This document shows, piece by piece, positions 42,260 to 52,414 of a stretch of 64,000 bases of DNA. The notes under the pieces were generated by a model. The model saw only the letters and a list, made by a program, of their open reading frames with translations. It had not been told where the DNA came from and did not search any database. The translations under genes were made by a program, and so were the position numbers. The stretch spans positions 1,120,001-1,184,000 of the forward strand of contig CAWBMP010000004.1 in assembly GCA_963790025.1 (NCBI GenBank), written 5' to 3'. Each line of letters opens with the position of its first letter. Position 1 is the stretch's first letter. This DNA comes from Nitrospirota bacterium (GTDB lineage Bacteria; Nitrospirota; Thermodesulfovibrionia; Thermodesulfovibrionales; Dissulfurispiraceae).

Positions 42260-44941
42260 TTACAACTGCAAGGTCACTCTTATCATATCGTCGTCATCAT
42301 ATGTCTGTTTAAAGCCATATTTCCGGCCAAAATTCAACATCCTGGTATTGACCTTATGGATTTCCATCCAGACTGATTTCAAGCCGATTTCTGCGGCTAT
42401 CCTGATGCAATATTCCATAAGCACACTACCAACACCCTTGCTCTGCCATTGGTCGGATACTATAAAAGAAAGCTCGGCACTTTCAAGGTCGGGTAGTTTA
42501 TTCAGCCTCGCGTCACCAATGATTTCTTCCTTTTTCACCTTGACACATGCAATAAAAGCCAGCTCACGGTCATAGTCGATCTGACAGAATCTGACTAACT
42601 TTTCATGCGTCATATTACCGCTTATCAGGCTAAACCTCGAAGTAATCGTCTTGTTTGATAGTGATTCAAAAAAACGGCGCATGGCCGGTTCATCTTCCCC
42701 GCGAATGGGTCGTATTAGAAGGGGCGTCCCATCGTTCAGAGATAGTTCACTCACATATTTAAAGGGATATGTAGGGATCGAGAGGTGCGGGGCGCAGAGG
42801 TCTCCTTTGTTCCATTTGCATTCCTGATACACATCCAGGTCGATATAGATACTTGCATCAAGGACAATACCTTCCTTTTTTGTAAGTAAAAATGGGTTAA
42901 TATCGATCTCTTTAATTTGGGGAAAGTCGACGATCAATTGAGAGAATCTAACCATTATTTCTTCAAGATGCTCTAAAGAATCCCTGAAGAGATTCAGACC
43001 TTTGAGATATGGGTAGATTTTGGTGTCCTCCAATACGTGCCTTGCCAGAGTCTGGTTAAGAGGAGGCAGACCTATCGAATAATCCATCATAGCGCCACGG
43101 AATAAACCTCCCATTCCGAACACTATCACTGTGCCGAAATTCCAACTTTTTTTTGCACCTATCGCCAGTTCACAACCTTGTTTTATTATCATGGGTTGTA
43201 TTATCACATCCGCAGTGGCATAGCCAAAAGATGCAGACAGTTTTTTAAGAGACCCAAAGGCCTTTCTGACCGCCGGTGCGTCTTTAAGGTTTACAAGCAC
43301 GCCGCCTTTTTCGAGTCTGTCAGGGACCATTCCCGAAGCGGTTTTCAAAACTACCGGATAGCCGATTCTCTCAGACTCCAGGACGGCATCTTCTTCGTTG
43401 GAGATTCTTAAAGTCTGTGCTGCAGGGATTCCATATGCTTTAAGCATTTCGACTGCTTCATCCAAATGGAGCGATTGTCTGCCTGCCTCCGCAGCAACCC
43501 CGATAATTGCCTCCGCCTTTTCAATATCCGGCGTGAAATCTTTGAGAATAATCCCTGGGGTCTCCCGGAGATGGCGCATATTATTGTCATACTGATACAT
43601 GTATATAAAACACTTTACCGCCTGTTCAGGTGTTAAATAAGTCGGGATATTATTAGTGTTTAGAAATTCCATGGCATCAAGCACTGTTTCACCACCCATC
43701 CATGTTGTGAATATAGGGAAATATGGATTGGACATTGCAGCCGATACTATTGCTTCTGCAATATCTTTGGGGTCTATACCGGGGAAGGGAATATAGATTA
43801 ACAGGATGCCATCAACATCTTCATATATCAAACAGTTTTTTAATGCCTCCAAATAGTCGGCCGGTAATACATCCGAATGAAGATATATTGGATTTTGGAC
43901 CTGTCTTTCACCGGGAAGATCGTTGCTGTTACTTGTCAGTGTCTCGTTTGTCGGCTTGGCCAGTTCCCCGCCAAGCTTCACAAGCATGTCAACGGCCATA
44001 TGAGCGGGTGCAATGGAATTTGATATAACAGCCAGACGTTTGCCTTTAGGGCGATTTTGTTTTGCAAGAGTTTCTATCATGTATAAAGCGTCAACCATAT
44101 CATTTACCTTTACTGCGCCTGCCCTCTTAAAAGCAGCCTCATAGATTTTGTCCTCAGAGGCAAGAATACCGGAATGTGTCAGTGAAACAGAGGAGGGACT
44201 GTCCGCTTTGCCGGACTTTACAATTACGACGGGCTTGCTGCCTGCAAAGCTTCGCACGCCGGCCATGAAGCTTCTGCCATTTTTTATTTCTTGCACATGG
44301 AGAACAATTGCCCTCGTATGAGAATCCATCCCGAGAAAATCGATGAGATCCGAGAAATTGATATCCAGCTTGGCACCCAATGAAATAAAATAACTGAACC
44401 CGACGTTTTTGCTTATCGCATGTTCCAGGAATGCCGAAGCAAAGATTCCGCCTTGTGAAATAAAGGCGATGTTGCCTTTACGCGGTAATTTGGGCAAAAG
44501 ACCGGCGTTTAGATTTATATCGGGCCTCAGAAAACCCAGTGAATCGGGTCCCAGAATCCTGTAACCGTATATTGAGGCGTACTTTTTGATCTCGTCAGAG
44601 AGGATTCCCGGACCTTTGATTGGGTACTCGGAGGCGGGCGCTAAAATAATCACTCCCCTTACGTTCTTCTGTCCGCACGCATCCAGTATATCAGAGAAGG
44701 TTTCAGGATGGGAGGCCACTATGGCTAAATCTACGGGATAAGGGATGTCGATAATATTCCTGTATGATAAAATACCCTGCACTCCCTCCATCAGCGGGTT
44801 AACAGGATACACAATCCCTTTGAAGCCCTTATCAATCAGGTTTCTAAGAACATAATATCCAACGGCTTTCTTGTCTTCGCCGGCGCCAATAACGGCTATG
44901 CTTCGTGGATTGAATAAAACATCAAAATGCTTGATCGACAT
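42260..44941 (-). CDS. Bifunctional acyl-CoA synthetase (NDP-forming)-like / GNAT protein (Pat/PatZ-type lysine acetyltransferase)
   Basis: FNPRSIAVIGA, CoA-binding domain, ATP-grasp (EIDINP) and C-terminal GNAT (IRPIR.ED, QIDYDRE, WQSKGVG). Confidence 0.88.
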   Translation of the reverse strand: MSIKHFDVLFNPRSIAVIGAGEDKKAVGYYVLRNLIDKGFKGIVYPVNPLMEGVQGILSYRNIIDIPYPVDLAIVASHPETFSDILDACGQKNVRGVIILAPASEYPIKGPGILSDEIKKYASIYGYRILGPDSLGFLRPDINLNAGLLPKLPRKGNIAFISQGGIFASAFLEHAISKNVGFSYFISLGAKLDINFSDLIDFLGMDSHTRAIVLHVQEIKNGRSFMAGVRSFAGSKPVVIVKSGKADSPSSVSLTHSGILASEDKIYEAAFKRAGAVKVNDMVDALYMIETLAKQNRPKGKRLAVISNSIAPAHMAVDMLVKLGGELAKPTNETLTSNSNDLPGERQVQNPIYLHSDVLPADYLEALKNCLIYEDVDGILLIYIPFPGIDPKDIAEAIVSAAMSNPYFPIFTTWMGGETVLDAMEFLNTNNIPTYLTPEQAVKCFIYMYQYDNNMRHLRETPGIILKDFTPDIEKAEAIIGVAAEAGRQSLHLDEAVEMLKAYGIPAAQTLRISNEEDAVLESERIGYPVVLKTASGMVPDRLEKGGVLVNLKDAPAVRKAFGSLKKLSASFGYATADVIIQPMIIKQGCELAIGAKKSWNFGTVIVFGMGGLFRGAMMDYSIGLPPLNQTLARHVLEDTKIYPYLKGLNLFRDSLEHLEEIMVRFSQLIVDFPQIKEIDINPFLLTKKEGIVLDASIYIDLDVYQECKWNKGDLCAPHLSIPTYPFKYVSELSLNDGTPLLIRPIRGEDEPAMRRFFESLSNKTITSRFSLISGNMTHEKLVRFCQIDYDRELAFIACVKVKKEEIIGDARLNKLPDLESAELSFIVSDQWQSKGVGSVLMEYCIRIAAEIGLKSVWMEIHKVNTRMLNFGRKYGFKQTYDDDDMIRVTLQL

Positions 44942-45017
44942 GCCCCGCTCCTGTCATGAATCACGGAGAGTCTGGTCAGTCAGTGGCCATTCCGGGTAGC
45001 GACAGCCAAGTATCTCA

Positions 45018-45054
45018 GTAAGGTCAGCGCAAAAATAACTCGTGCGCTGACCTT
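45018..45054. repeat. REP-like 12-bp hairpin
   Basis: GT-AAGGTCAGCGCA-N11-TGCGCTGACCTT. Confidence 0.55.
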
Positions 45055-45659
45055 TATTCCAACCTCTTGCCGATAATCACCTCGTCGACAAATTCATTTC
45101 CGATTCTGATTCTCTTCACTTTAGTGCATTCCTGCAGAAAACCGGCTTTTCTGAATAAATTAAGGGAGCGTTTATTTGCCGTAAAAACAGTTGTCTCTAT
45201 CTCCTTAAATCCATGTTCCCTTGCCCACTCTTCGGCATACTGCAACATCCTTGAGCCAATGCCGAGTCCGCGAAACTCTTCTATGAGATGCAATCCTACA
45301 TTCAGAACCTGGGCCGTTTCCGGCCTGTGCCCGCCATCTGCCTGGAGGGCCTCAAGGATGCCAATGACACAGTCACACCCCGGAACGCACGGCGACTTTC
45401 CGGTCTCGGCTTGCAAAGGTCCCCTGTAGCCGGCGATTCCAACAAGGAGCAGGTTTTTGTTCCTGTCCAATGCGCTGATATATTCCCTTTCAGCACCTGT
45501 CTCCTTGCCGTACAGCTCCATCAAAACATAACTGCGTTCGGGGGCAAAAGACTTCAGTGCTCTGATAATGCCTTCCGCGTCCGCAGCTTCTGCCGGCCTG
45601 AGGGTAATTTCTTCTCCGCTTTTAATTAAAAACTTCTGAACCTCATCCATATATCCCAT
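45054..45659 (-). CDS. GNAT family N-acetyltransferase
   Basis: FRGLGIGS.ML and VFTANKRSLNLFRKAGF. Confidence 0.85.
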   Translation of the reverse strand: MGYMDEVQKFLIKSGEEITLRPAEAADAEGIIRALKSFAPERSYVLMELYGKETGAEREYISALDRNKNLLLVGIAGYRGPLQAETGKSPCVPGCDCVIGILEALQADGGHRPETAQVLNVGLHLIEEFRGLGIGSRMLQYAEEWAREHGFKEIETTVFTANKRSLNLFRKAGFLQECTKVKRIRIGNEFVDEVIIGKRLE

Positions 45660-45665
45660 CCGGTA

Positions 45666-46187
45666 TTATTTAATCACTCCGCATGCAACACGGTCCCCGC
45701 CACCGCCAAGCTTTTGCGGGATATCAGAGTAATTGTCACCACCAGCGTGTATCATCAGCGAACGCCCATGGAGTTCATCTATTTTCAGGCGCGGAGCAAG
45801 CACCGGCATTGTCGCATTTCCCATAGCGTCTACAAAGAGCCCCGGGAGATCTCCGAGGTGTCCCTCGCCGTAAGGGCCCTCATGCTTGCCTGTTCCAGCC
45901 GGATCATAATGGCCGCCGGCGGCGAAACCCACCAGCTTCTTGCCGTCTTTTACAACCGGGCCGCAATCGGGATTTTGATGAACATGGAAACCGTGTATGC
46001 CTGGTGTAAGGCCGCTAAGGTGCGGAGTGAAAATGGTGCCGTAAGGGCTTGAAGACACGGTCACCGTACCGATGGGTTTGCCAATTCCCCCGCTGTCTGT
46101 CAGATTGATCGGGACCACGAGGTCTGCCGCATAAGCCGAAAACGCACACAGAAGCACACAAAATACCAGCAACATTACTTTTTTCAT
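45666..46187 (-). CDS. sodC: Periplasmic Cu/Zn superoxide dismutase
   Basis: Signal peptide, HGFHVH, GGHYDP, HLGDLP, MIHAGGDN and GGGG.RVACG. Confidence 0.95.
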   Translation of the reverse strand: MKKVMLLVFCVLLCAFSAYAADLVVPINLTDSGGIGKPIGTVTVSSSPYGTIFTPHLSGLTPGIHGFHVHQNPDCGPVVKDGKKLVGFAAGGHYDPAGTGKHEGPYGEGHLGDLPGLFVDAMGNATMPVLAPRLKIDELHGRSLMIHAGGDNYSDIPQKLGGGGDRVACGVIK

Positions 46188-46267
46188 GACCATCTCCTCC
46201 TTAAGAACAGAAATTAAGACTAGTGCAAAGGTAGAGGTGAGACCTCCTGAACAATTATACTGCAAGC

Positions 46268-47437
46268 TCAGCTTGACCGCAACGCATCCACAATATTCAT
46301 GCGTGAGGCCCTGACCGCAGGCAGCACGCCGCCCACAAAACCCATCAGGAGCGCAAAGGCCATGGCCTGATAAATAATCTTGAATGTCAGGGAGAAGGAG
46401 AAGGCAAGTTCTGAAAAAGTCTGGAAATTTACCGTCGAAATAGTGAGGAGTTGCATAAAAGAAGCGAAAAACAATCCGGCGCAGCCGCCTATAAAACCGA
46501 GCAGCAGGGACTCCACGAGGAAAGCGATCAGGATATTTGTCTTCTGAAATCCGAGCGCCCGCAAAGTGCCGATTTCGCTAGTGCGGTTGGCGACAGCGGA
46601 ATACATGGTGATCATTGCACCAATGACAGCGCCTATAGAGAATATGACGGTCAGCGAGAGCCCCAGAACCCTGAGAAATTTGGCCATCACTTTTGATTGT
46701 TCTTCATAAAAAATATTCTCTCTCTTTCCCTCGACAGTCATGCGTGGATCATTCTCAATGCGTTCTTTGACTGCGTCGAATGCCGCCGGGTCCGCCAGCT
46801 TGAAAGTAACCGAGGAATAGACATTCCTGCGAAACGACTGCATGAGCTGATCGGCATCACCCCATATTTCGGAATTAAAAGCGGTGTTTCCGGCGTCAAA
46901 TATTCCAACCACCGTCCAGTCGCGCATGCCGAAATGGAGGGTTTCACCGATTCCTCCCCCCTTGAACCTTTTGGCAATACTTTGTCCCGCCATGATTTCA
47001 GAGGAGCCAGACCTCGGCATGCGGCCTGACGTCAGCTTTACCTGCGGCCTCAGCAGCAGCGAATTTCTCGTTGTCCCTCTTATTACTACATTCGACGGCT
47101 TGTCGGTCCCGCGCTTCGGAAGATTAATCAGTACCACCAGCTCTTTTGCTACGAGGCGCTGTCCATCCACCCCCACAGCAATTTCCGGCTGAGTTTCAAT
47201 AATCGAGGCTGAAGTCCGGTCAACCCCGCTCTGCACCTCTGAATTGGCCCCTTTTCTTATTACGATAACATTATCGTAGGAACCAGTTTCGACAAGGGTC
47301 TTCCTGAGCCCCTCGGCGAGCATCAATATGGACGCAAAAACAAATACCACCAATGTCATGCCTGATGCAGTAAGCGCTGTAGTCAGCCTCCTAGTCCAAA
47401 GGTTGCGTATACTATAGGAGAACGGTATGTTTCCCAT
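46268..47437 (-). CDS. ABC transporter permease (MacB/FtsX-like)
   Basis: RTSEIGTLRALGF and PAVRASRMNIVDALR. Confidence 0.9.
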   Translation of the reverse strand: MGNIPFSYSIRNLWTRRLTTALTASGMTLVVFVFASILMLAEGLRKTLVETGSYDNVIVIRKGANSEVQSGVDRTSASIIETQPEIAVGVDGQRLVAKELVVLINLPKRGTDKPSNVVIRGTTRNSLLLRPQVKLTSGRMPRSGSSEIMAGQSIAKRFKGGGIGETLHFGMRDWTVVGIFDAGNTAFNSEIWGDADQLMQSFRRNVYSSVTFKLADPAAFDAVKERIENDPRMTVEGKRENIFYEEQSKVMAKFLRVLGLSLTVIFSIGAVIGAMITMYSAVANRTSEIGTLRALGFQKTNILIAFLVESLLLGFIGGCAGLFFASFMQLLTISTVNFQTFSELAFSFSLTFKIIYQAMAFALLMGFVGGVLPAVRASRMNIVDALRSS

Positions 47438-48595
47438 TTATCCGATCCTCCTTAGTCCGTCTGCAATCTGTATGTGTATTGCGCGCCACACAGGCACAAC
47501 CGCTGCGACCAGCCCTACCAGCAGGCCCGCGGCAATGTCCATATACAAAGTTGAGGGGGCGACATTAAATACCGGGAAATAGTTGCCCATCGCCGCAGCA
47601 AATGCCTTTGCAACCGGGAATGTTGCAGCAATCCCTGCTGCACAACCAGTCAGGGCAATTATCCCCGACTCTCCAAGAATCATGACGGCCAAATGGCCGC
47701 CGCCGAAACCGAGTGTTTTTAATATCGCATATTCGCCCAGTCGTTCCCTGGCGTTCATGGCCATGGTGTTGGCCATAACTACCATAATAATGATTATGAC
47801 AACAAACGATACCAGCTGTATGGCAACGATAATCGCCTCGGACATGGAGACAAAACCGAGCACAAAGGCCTTTTCGGTCTCCGTCAATGTCTCAGCAAGA
47901 GAATTCCTGAACATTGCATCAATAGTCTGTGAGACCTCGGCGGCAAGGCCGGGGCTTGTGACACCTATCAAATAAAAACCGACCTGGTCCGCTCTGGCAG
48001 GCGCCGTTTTTTTGAGTGTTTCATTCAGATAATCCCAGCGGAACAAAAATAGTGTTTCATCAGTGCTCTTGTCCCTGCCGTGATAGATGGCGCGCAGCAC
48101 AAATTCCCAATCACCGGGGAAGATAGTGCCTTTAAGAGTGACAGTATCTCCGATTTTCCAGTGGTATTTTTCCGCTATTTTTCTTCCCGCAAGCGCTGCC
48201 TTCCGGTCGCGAATAAAAGCGGCTTTCTGATCGTCGGGGACAATGAACTCAGGCGCCAAGGGTAAATAGTTTTTAGGGTCAACCGCAAAATTGGGAAAAA
48301 AGTTCTTCGCGTCGATGTAAATACCGCCGAACCAGTTTTCACGGCTCACGAATCTCACACCGGGCACATGACGGATCTTTTCCTCGTAAGACAGAGGAAG
48401 AGAAAAGACCAGGGATATGGCGTTTCTCGTAATCACACGGATCGCGGATGAGGCCTCGGCCCCGGCATACCAGGCACTTATTACTGTCCTTAACAGGCCG
48501 AAAGCAAGAATAGCAATCGTAATCCCCAGTATAGTCAGCCAGGCGCGAAGTTTATGACGGAAGGCGTTCTTAAAAATGAGTTTCAGTATGAACAC
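47438..48595 (-). CDS. ABC transporter permease (MacB/FtsX-like)
   Basis: [15 protein letters not shown]; four-TM architecture with a periplasmic domain. Confidence 0.9.
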   Translation of the reverse strand: MFILKLIFKNAFRHKLRAWLTILGITIAILAFGLLRTVISAWYAGAEASSAIRVITRNAISLVFSLPLSYEEKIRHVPGVRFVSRENWFGGIYIDAKNFFPNFAVDPKNYLPLAPEFIVPDDQKAAFIRDRKAALAGRKIAEKYHWKIGDTVTLKGTIFPGDWEFVLRAIYHGRDKSTDETLFLFRWDYLNETLKKTAPARADQVGFYLIGVTSPGLAAEVSQTIDAMFRNSLAETLTETEKAFVLGFVSMSEAIIVAIQLVSFVVIIIIMVVMANTMAMNARERLGEYAILKTLGFGGGHLAVMILGESGIIALTGCAAGIAATFPVAKAFAAAMGNYFPVFNVAPSTLYMDIAAGLLVGLVAAVVPVWRAIHIQIADGLRRIG

Positions 48596-49274
48596 TTAAG
48601 ACGCCTTTGTCGAGATGTTTTATTACGTGCGCCTTTACGGCTGCGCGAGGATCGTGCGTAACCATTATAATCGTTTTGCCGGACTCGACATTAAGCCGTT
48701 CCATCAAGTCAAGTATCTCAGCGGCGGAAACGCGGTCAAGGTCACCAGTAGGCTCATCGGCTACGAGTATGGTTGGATCGGTCACAACAGCCCGGGCTAT
48801 TGCGACACGCTGCTGCTGTCCTCCCGAGAGCTGACCTGGATAATGGTCCATTCTGTCGGCAAGACCAACTACTCTCAGTGAGATTTCAACATGCTCCCGC
48901 CGTTCTGTGCGGGAAAGTCTTGTCAGCAGCAGCGGCAACTCCACATTTTCGAACGCAGTCAGCACAGGAATAAGGTTGTAAAACTGGAAGATAAAGCCGA
49001 CATTGCTTGCACGCCACCTGGCAAGCTCTGTTTCGGCAAGTGCAGTGATGTCAATACCGCCTACTCGCACGATGCCGCTGTCCGCCCTGTCAATGCCGGC
49101 TATCATATTAAGGAGGGTGCTCTTGCCTGAACCGGACGGACCCATAAGCGCCAGAAACTCCCCATAATTGATATCGAATGACAGATCATGCAACACCGGG
49201 ACTATCTGACTACCGCGGCGGTACGATTTGTTCAGGTTTTGTATTTCAACGATAGGCCGTGCTTCGGCTTCCAT
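48570..49274 (-). CDS. ABC transporter ATP-binding protein (LolD/MacB-like)
   Basis: [28 protein letters not shown] and VTHD. Confidence 0.95.
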   Translation of the reverse strand: MEAEARPIVEIQNLNKSYRRGSQIVPVLHDLSFDINYGEFLALMGPSGSGKSTLLNMIAGIDRADSGIVRVGGIDITALAETELARWRASNVGFIFQFYNLIPVLTAFENVELPLLLTRLSRTERREHVEISLRVVGLADRMDHYPGQLSGGQQQRVAIARAVVTDPTILVADEPTGDLDRVSAAEILDLMERLNVESGKTIIMVTHDPRAAVKAHVIKHLDKGVLSVHTETHF

Positions 49275-49275
49275 A

Positions 49276-50493
49276 TTATTTTTCAGCCACTTTTATTTTG
49301 GAACCGCTTTTCAATCCGGCTTGCGGCCTGGCAACTATTTTGTCTCCGGCCTTTACGCCTCCTGTTACCTCCAGCACGTCGCCTCTTTTAGGACCAAGTG
49401 TAACAGGCACCTCAACAGCACGATTATTCCTGATCAGAAAAACCGTTTTTCGACCATCATGGTCCACAACAGAAACAGGGTTAAGCGCAGTAAACGGAGT
49501 TTGTTCATCTAAGCCTGCCGGCCTCGAGAGGAATGCGACCTTTGCGCTCATTTCCGGCAAAATTCTTTTGTCTTTGTCGACAAAACGCGCTTTTACCATG
49601 ACCGTCCCCTTGCTCCGGTCGGCAGTAGGAACCACAGTGCTGATTTCTCCCCTGAAGCGGGAATCCGGCAATGCATCGAGCTGTATTATGGCAGGCTGTC
49701 CCACCCACACCTGCTGGAGATTGGACTCGGACACATCGGCCTCGACTTCCAGGGAACCCATATCGGCAATAGTCACCACAGCGGCCTTGGCATTTACAGC
49801 GGCCCCTATCGGTGTAACTATGTCGCCTACATCCGCATCTTTGGTCAGGACAACGGCATCGAAAGGCGCCCGTATAAGCGTGTATTCAATAGCGACATTC
49901 GCCCCTGCAAGCGCTGCTTCAGCCGCCTTGATAGAAGACTGGGTCCCTTCCACTGCTGCCACCGCTTTTTTGTATCGCGCCTCAGCCGTATCATAGTCAG
50001 CCTGCGCAACGTAACCCTTCTCCAGCAGCGCTTTCTGCCTTTTCAGCTCAACCGTCGCATCATCCAGTTCTGCCTTTGCCTGTTGCAGATTTGAGCGGGC
50101 CACATTCAGGTTGGCAGCAGCCTGGTTCCTGGCAGCAGTGACGTCTTTGCTTTCCAGTCTGGCGACGACCTCCCCTTCTTTTACAACACTTCCCTCCTGA
50201 ACACCCAGCCATACGAGTGTACCCGTTACCTTTGGGGCCACAGCCGCTTTGCGCTGGGCCACTACATAACCGCTTGCATTTAAGAGCGTAAAGGCCTGCG
50301 ACGGATACATCTTCGACACAGTTACAGCCTCCACATCCATCGCAGGGGTGAGTGCTCCCTGAAAATAGAGGAACACCACTGCAAGAAGTACTGCCCCCGC
50401 GATAACCAGGGGAAGCGGGACTCTGCGGCCGGCGCGTTGTGACGTTTCTGCTGTCTTTTGTATCTTCAGTTTTGAGAGATCTTCCTGTGCCAT
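49276..50493 (-). CDS. Efflux periplasmic adaptor (membrane fusion protein)
   Basis: ASGYVVA, coiled coil, IRAPFD.VV and LPEMSAKV.F. Confidence 0.9.
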   Translation of the reverse strand: MAQEDLSKLKIQKTAETSQRAGRRVPLPLVIAGAVLLAVVFLYFQGALTPAMDVEAVTVSKMYPSQAFTLLNASGYVVAQRKAAVAPKVTGTLVWLGVQEGSVVKEGEVVARLESKDVTAARNQAAANLNVARSNLQQAKAELDDATVELKRQKALLEKGYVAQADYDTAEARYKKAVAAVEGTQSSIKAAEAALAGANVAIEYTLIRAPFDAVVLTKDADVGDIVTPIGAAVNAKAAVVTIADMGSLEVEADVSESNLQQVWVGQPAIIQLDALPDSRFRGEISTVVPTADRSKGTVMVKARFVDKDKRILPEMSAKVAFLSRPAGLDEQTPFTALNPVSVVDHDGRKTVFLIRNNRAVEVPVTLGPKRGDVLEVTGGVKAGDKIVARPQAGLKSGSKIKVAEK

Positions 50494-50646
50494 ATGCTTT
50501 AAGCCAGGCCCAACCTGGGTCTTATTCTCCTCGAAAGTTGATCTTACGCACTGTCTTTTATTATATATCAAACCCCCTCAATATTTTGCCGCCACAGCCG
50601 ATAACATAGATAGGTAGTTAATGGAAAGGATTCAAAGGAGCGTGCC

Positions 50647-50778
50647 ATGGATCGGCAAATAATCAAAGAAATCATTTCAATCCTTATGGAAAGTTCCCTT
50701 TACTTCGAAATCTCCCCCCAAGAAAGGCTGGAAATTGTTAAAGGTCTTGTATCAAAGGTCAACTGGTGCCTGGGGTAG
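50647..50778 (+). CDS. Small hypothetical protein, 43 aa: MDRQIIKEIISILMESSLYFEISPQERLEIVKGLVSKVNWCLG
   Basis: AAGGAG SD at good spacing; amphipathic helical sequence. Confidence 0.6.
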   Translation: MDRQIIKEIISILMESSLYFEISPQERLEIVKGLVSKVNWCLG

Positions 50779-50780
50779 TT

Positions 50781-50933
50781 ATGAAAGATAAGCGTATCAG
50801 TAATATGAGTTCAGCAGAACTTTGGATTGATTTCAGAAAGACAGAGTCTCTGGATACAACCATGAAATTCCGGGAAATCCTCGCATTGGAAAACATAGAA
50901 CTGCTTCTCTGGAAAAGTTTCCCCTTAAACTAA
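50781..50933 (+). CDS. Small hypothetical protein, 50 aa: MKDKRISNMSSAELWIDFRKTESLDTTMKFREILALENIELLLWKSFPLN
   Basis: ATG 2 nt after the previous stop, with a GGGG SD-like sequence. Confidence 0.45.
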   Translation: MKDKRISNMSSAELWIDFRKTESLDTTMKFREILALENIELLLWKSFPLN

Positions 50934-51071
50934 TTTGTAACCTTCCAGCATCAATTTCCGACTTAATGATACGTCATGCGTACGCTTGATGTTTTTTATA
51001 ACAGTTCGTTTAAAATAAAAGCGGCGAGTTTACGATTGCCGTGTTCATTAACTTCGGGAGCGCAAGATATT

Positions 51072-51674
51072 TTGAGCGAACAGCATGACAACGAAATAAT
51101 CAAGAGCATCCTGAATGGTAATGCGGATGAATTCGAAATTATTTTAAAACGGTACGATGCATATATATTTAGTATTGTTTCTAAGCATTTACCCCTGGAT
51201 ACGATTGAGGAAGCGGCCCATGAAGTTTTTATAAGGATTTATAAATCCCTGCCCTCTTACAGGGCTGAGTCGCCTTTTAAGTATTGGATCTCGAAAATAG
51301 CTGTGCGCTATTGCTATGATTTCTGGAGAGAACGTTATAAATCAAGAGAAATGCCCATGTCATCCCTGACAGATGAGCACAGCAAATGGGTCGAGACGGT
51401 GGTATCAGAGCAATCAATGGAATCCTTTGAGAAAGAAGAGGTGCTCAAGGAATCCAGAGAAGTGCTTCAGTGGGCACTTAGTAAGTTGACAGCAGAGGAA
51501 AGAATGGTAATAACGTTGCTGTATTTAGAGGGACTGCCGGTGAAAGAAGCTGCCAATCTGCTGGGGTGGAGCGCCATCAATGTTAAAGTGAAGGCCCACC
51601 GGTCACGCAAAAAGCTCCGGAAGTTAATCTCCGAACTATTGGGGCAAAAAGGGGGCATCAATGAAAACGCATGA
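51072..51674 (+). CDS. ECF RNA polymerase sigma factor
   Basis: Region 2 (EVFIRIYKSL..Y, WISKIA) and region 4 (EGLPVKEAA.LLG.S..NVKVKAHRSR). TTG start chosen after GGGAG. Confidence 0.9.
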   Translation: MSEQHDNEIIKSILNGNADEFEIILKRYDAYIFSIVSKHLPLDTIEEAAHEVFIRIYKSLPSYRAESPFKYWISKIAVRYCYDFWRERYKSREMPMSSLTDEHSKWVETVVSEQSMESFEKEEVLKESREVLQWALSKLTAEERMVITLLYLEGLPVKEAANLLGWSAINVKVKAHRSRKKLRKLISELLGQKGGINENA

Positions 51675-51978
51675 TGAAAACGCAGAGATAATTGAAAAAG
51701 CATTAAAATCAGCTTACCGTAAACAACATGATTATACGGTGAAGCCGGATTGGCAAAAGAGGGTCATGTCAACTGTCCTTTATCTCGATACTGCCCCATC
51801 ACAGAACAATATATGGGATACCCCTGATATATGGCGGGTTGCAGCGGCCGTAAGTATGAGTGCCCTCATCATGTTGGCATGCTCCTTCACCGCTAACATC
51901 GGGCCTGAATATGAAGCGGCAAAAATGTTTCTCGACGACCCGATGGGCATTATATTTACTCAACCTCTATTCCCGTAA
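51661..51978 (+). CDS. Putative membrane anti-sigma factor
   Basis: Overlaps the sigma factor stop; single TM; W...VM motif. Confidence 0.6.
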   Translation: MKTHDENAEIIEKALKSAYRKQHDYTVKPDWQKRVMSTVLYLDTAPSQNNIWDTPDIWRVAAAVSMSALIMLACSFTANIGPEYEAAKMFLDDPMGIIFTQPLFP

Positions 51979-51993
51979 TCTAAGGAGTCAACC

Positions 51994-52386
51994 ATGAAAA
52001 AATGGAGAGTTTGGTTGGTAGTCGCAATTGTATTCGTGTCGGGAATTATTATAGGCGCCACAGGCACCGGATTCTATTTTCAACACACATTCCGAGGTAT
52101 TCTTCATCAGGGCCCGAGTGCGGTCAGGAACGTAATTATGAAGAAGCTCACCGCTGAACTAAATCTGACAAAGGACCAGCAGGAGGAAATAGGAGATATA
52201 TTAGAGGAAACCCAGTTCCAACTGCAGCAACTTCGTGTCCGTTACCATCCTCAAATGGAAGAAATAATAAACAACGGCGTTGCCACCATGAAAACAAGAC
52301 TTTCAGCAGAACAGCAAAAGAAACTGGACGCGCTATATGAGAAAGTAAAAATGCGCTGGAAGCTGAAGAAAAGCATGAGGGGATAA
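51994..52386 (+). CDS. Exported helical protein (CpxP/heavy-metal-sensor-like)
   Basis: Signal/TM, ELNLTKDQQ and LSAEQQKK (LTXXQ-like) motifs. Confidence 0.65.
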   Translation: MKKWRVWLVVAIVFVSGIIIGATGTGFYFQHTFRGILHQGPSAVRNVIMKKLTAELNLTKDQQEEIGDILEETQFQLQQLRVRYHPQMEEIINNGVATMKTRLSAEQQKKLDALYEKVKMRWKLKKSMRG

Positions 52387-52414
52387 TTGATCAATTCTGG
52401 TATAATGAATACGT

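Noticed and set aside
44942..45020. Possible cobalamin or c-di-GMP riboswitch upstream of the Pat gene
   Set aside because: Only fragments resemble consensus motifs, and their order and strand are inconsistent.
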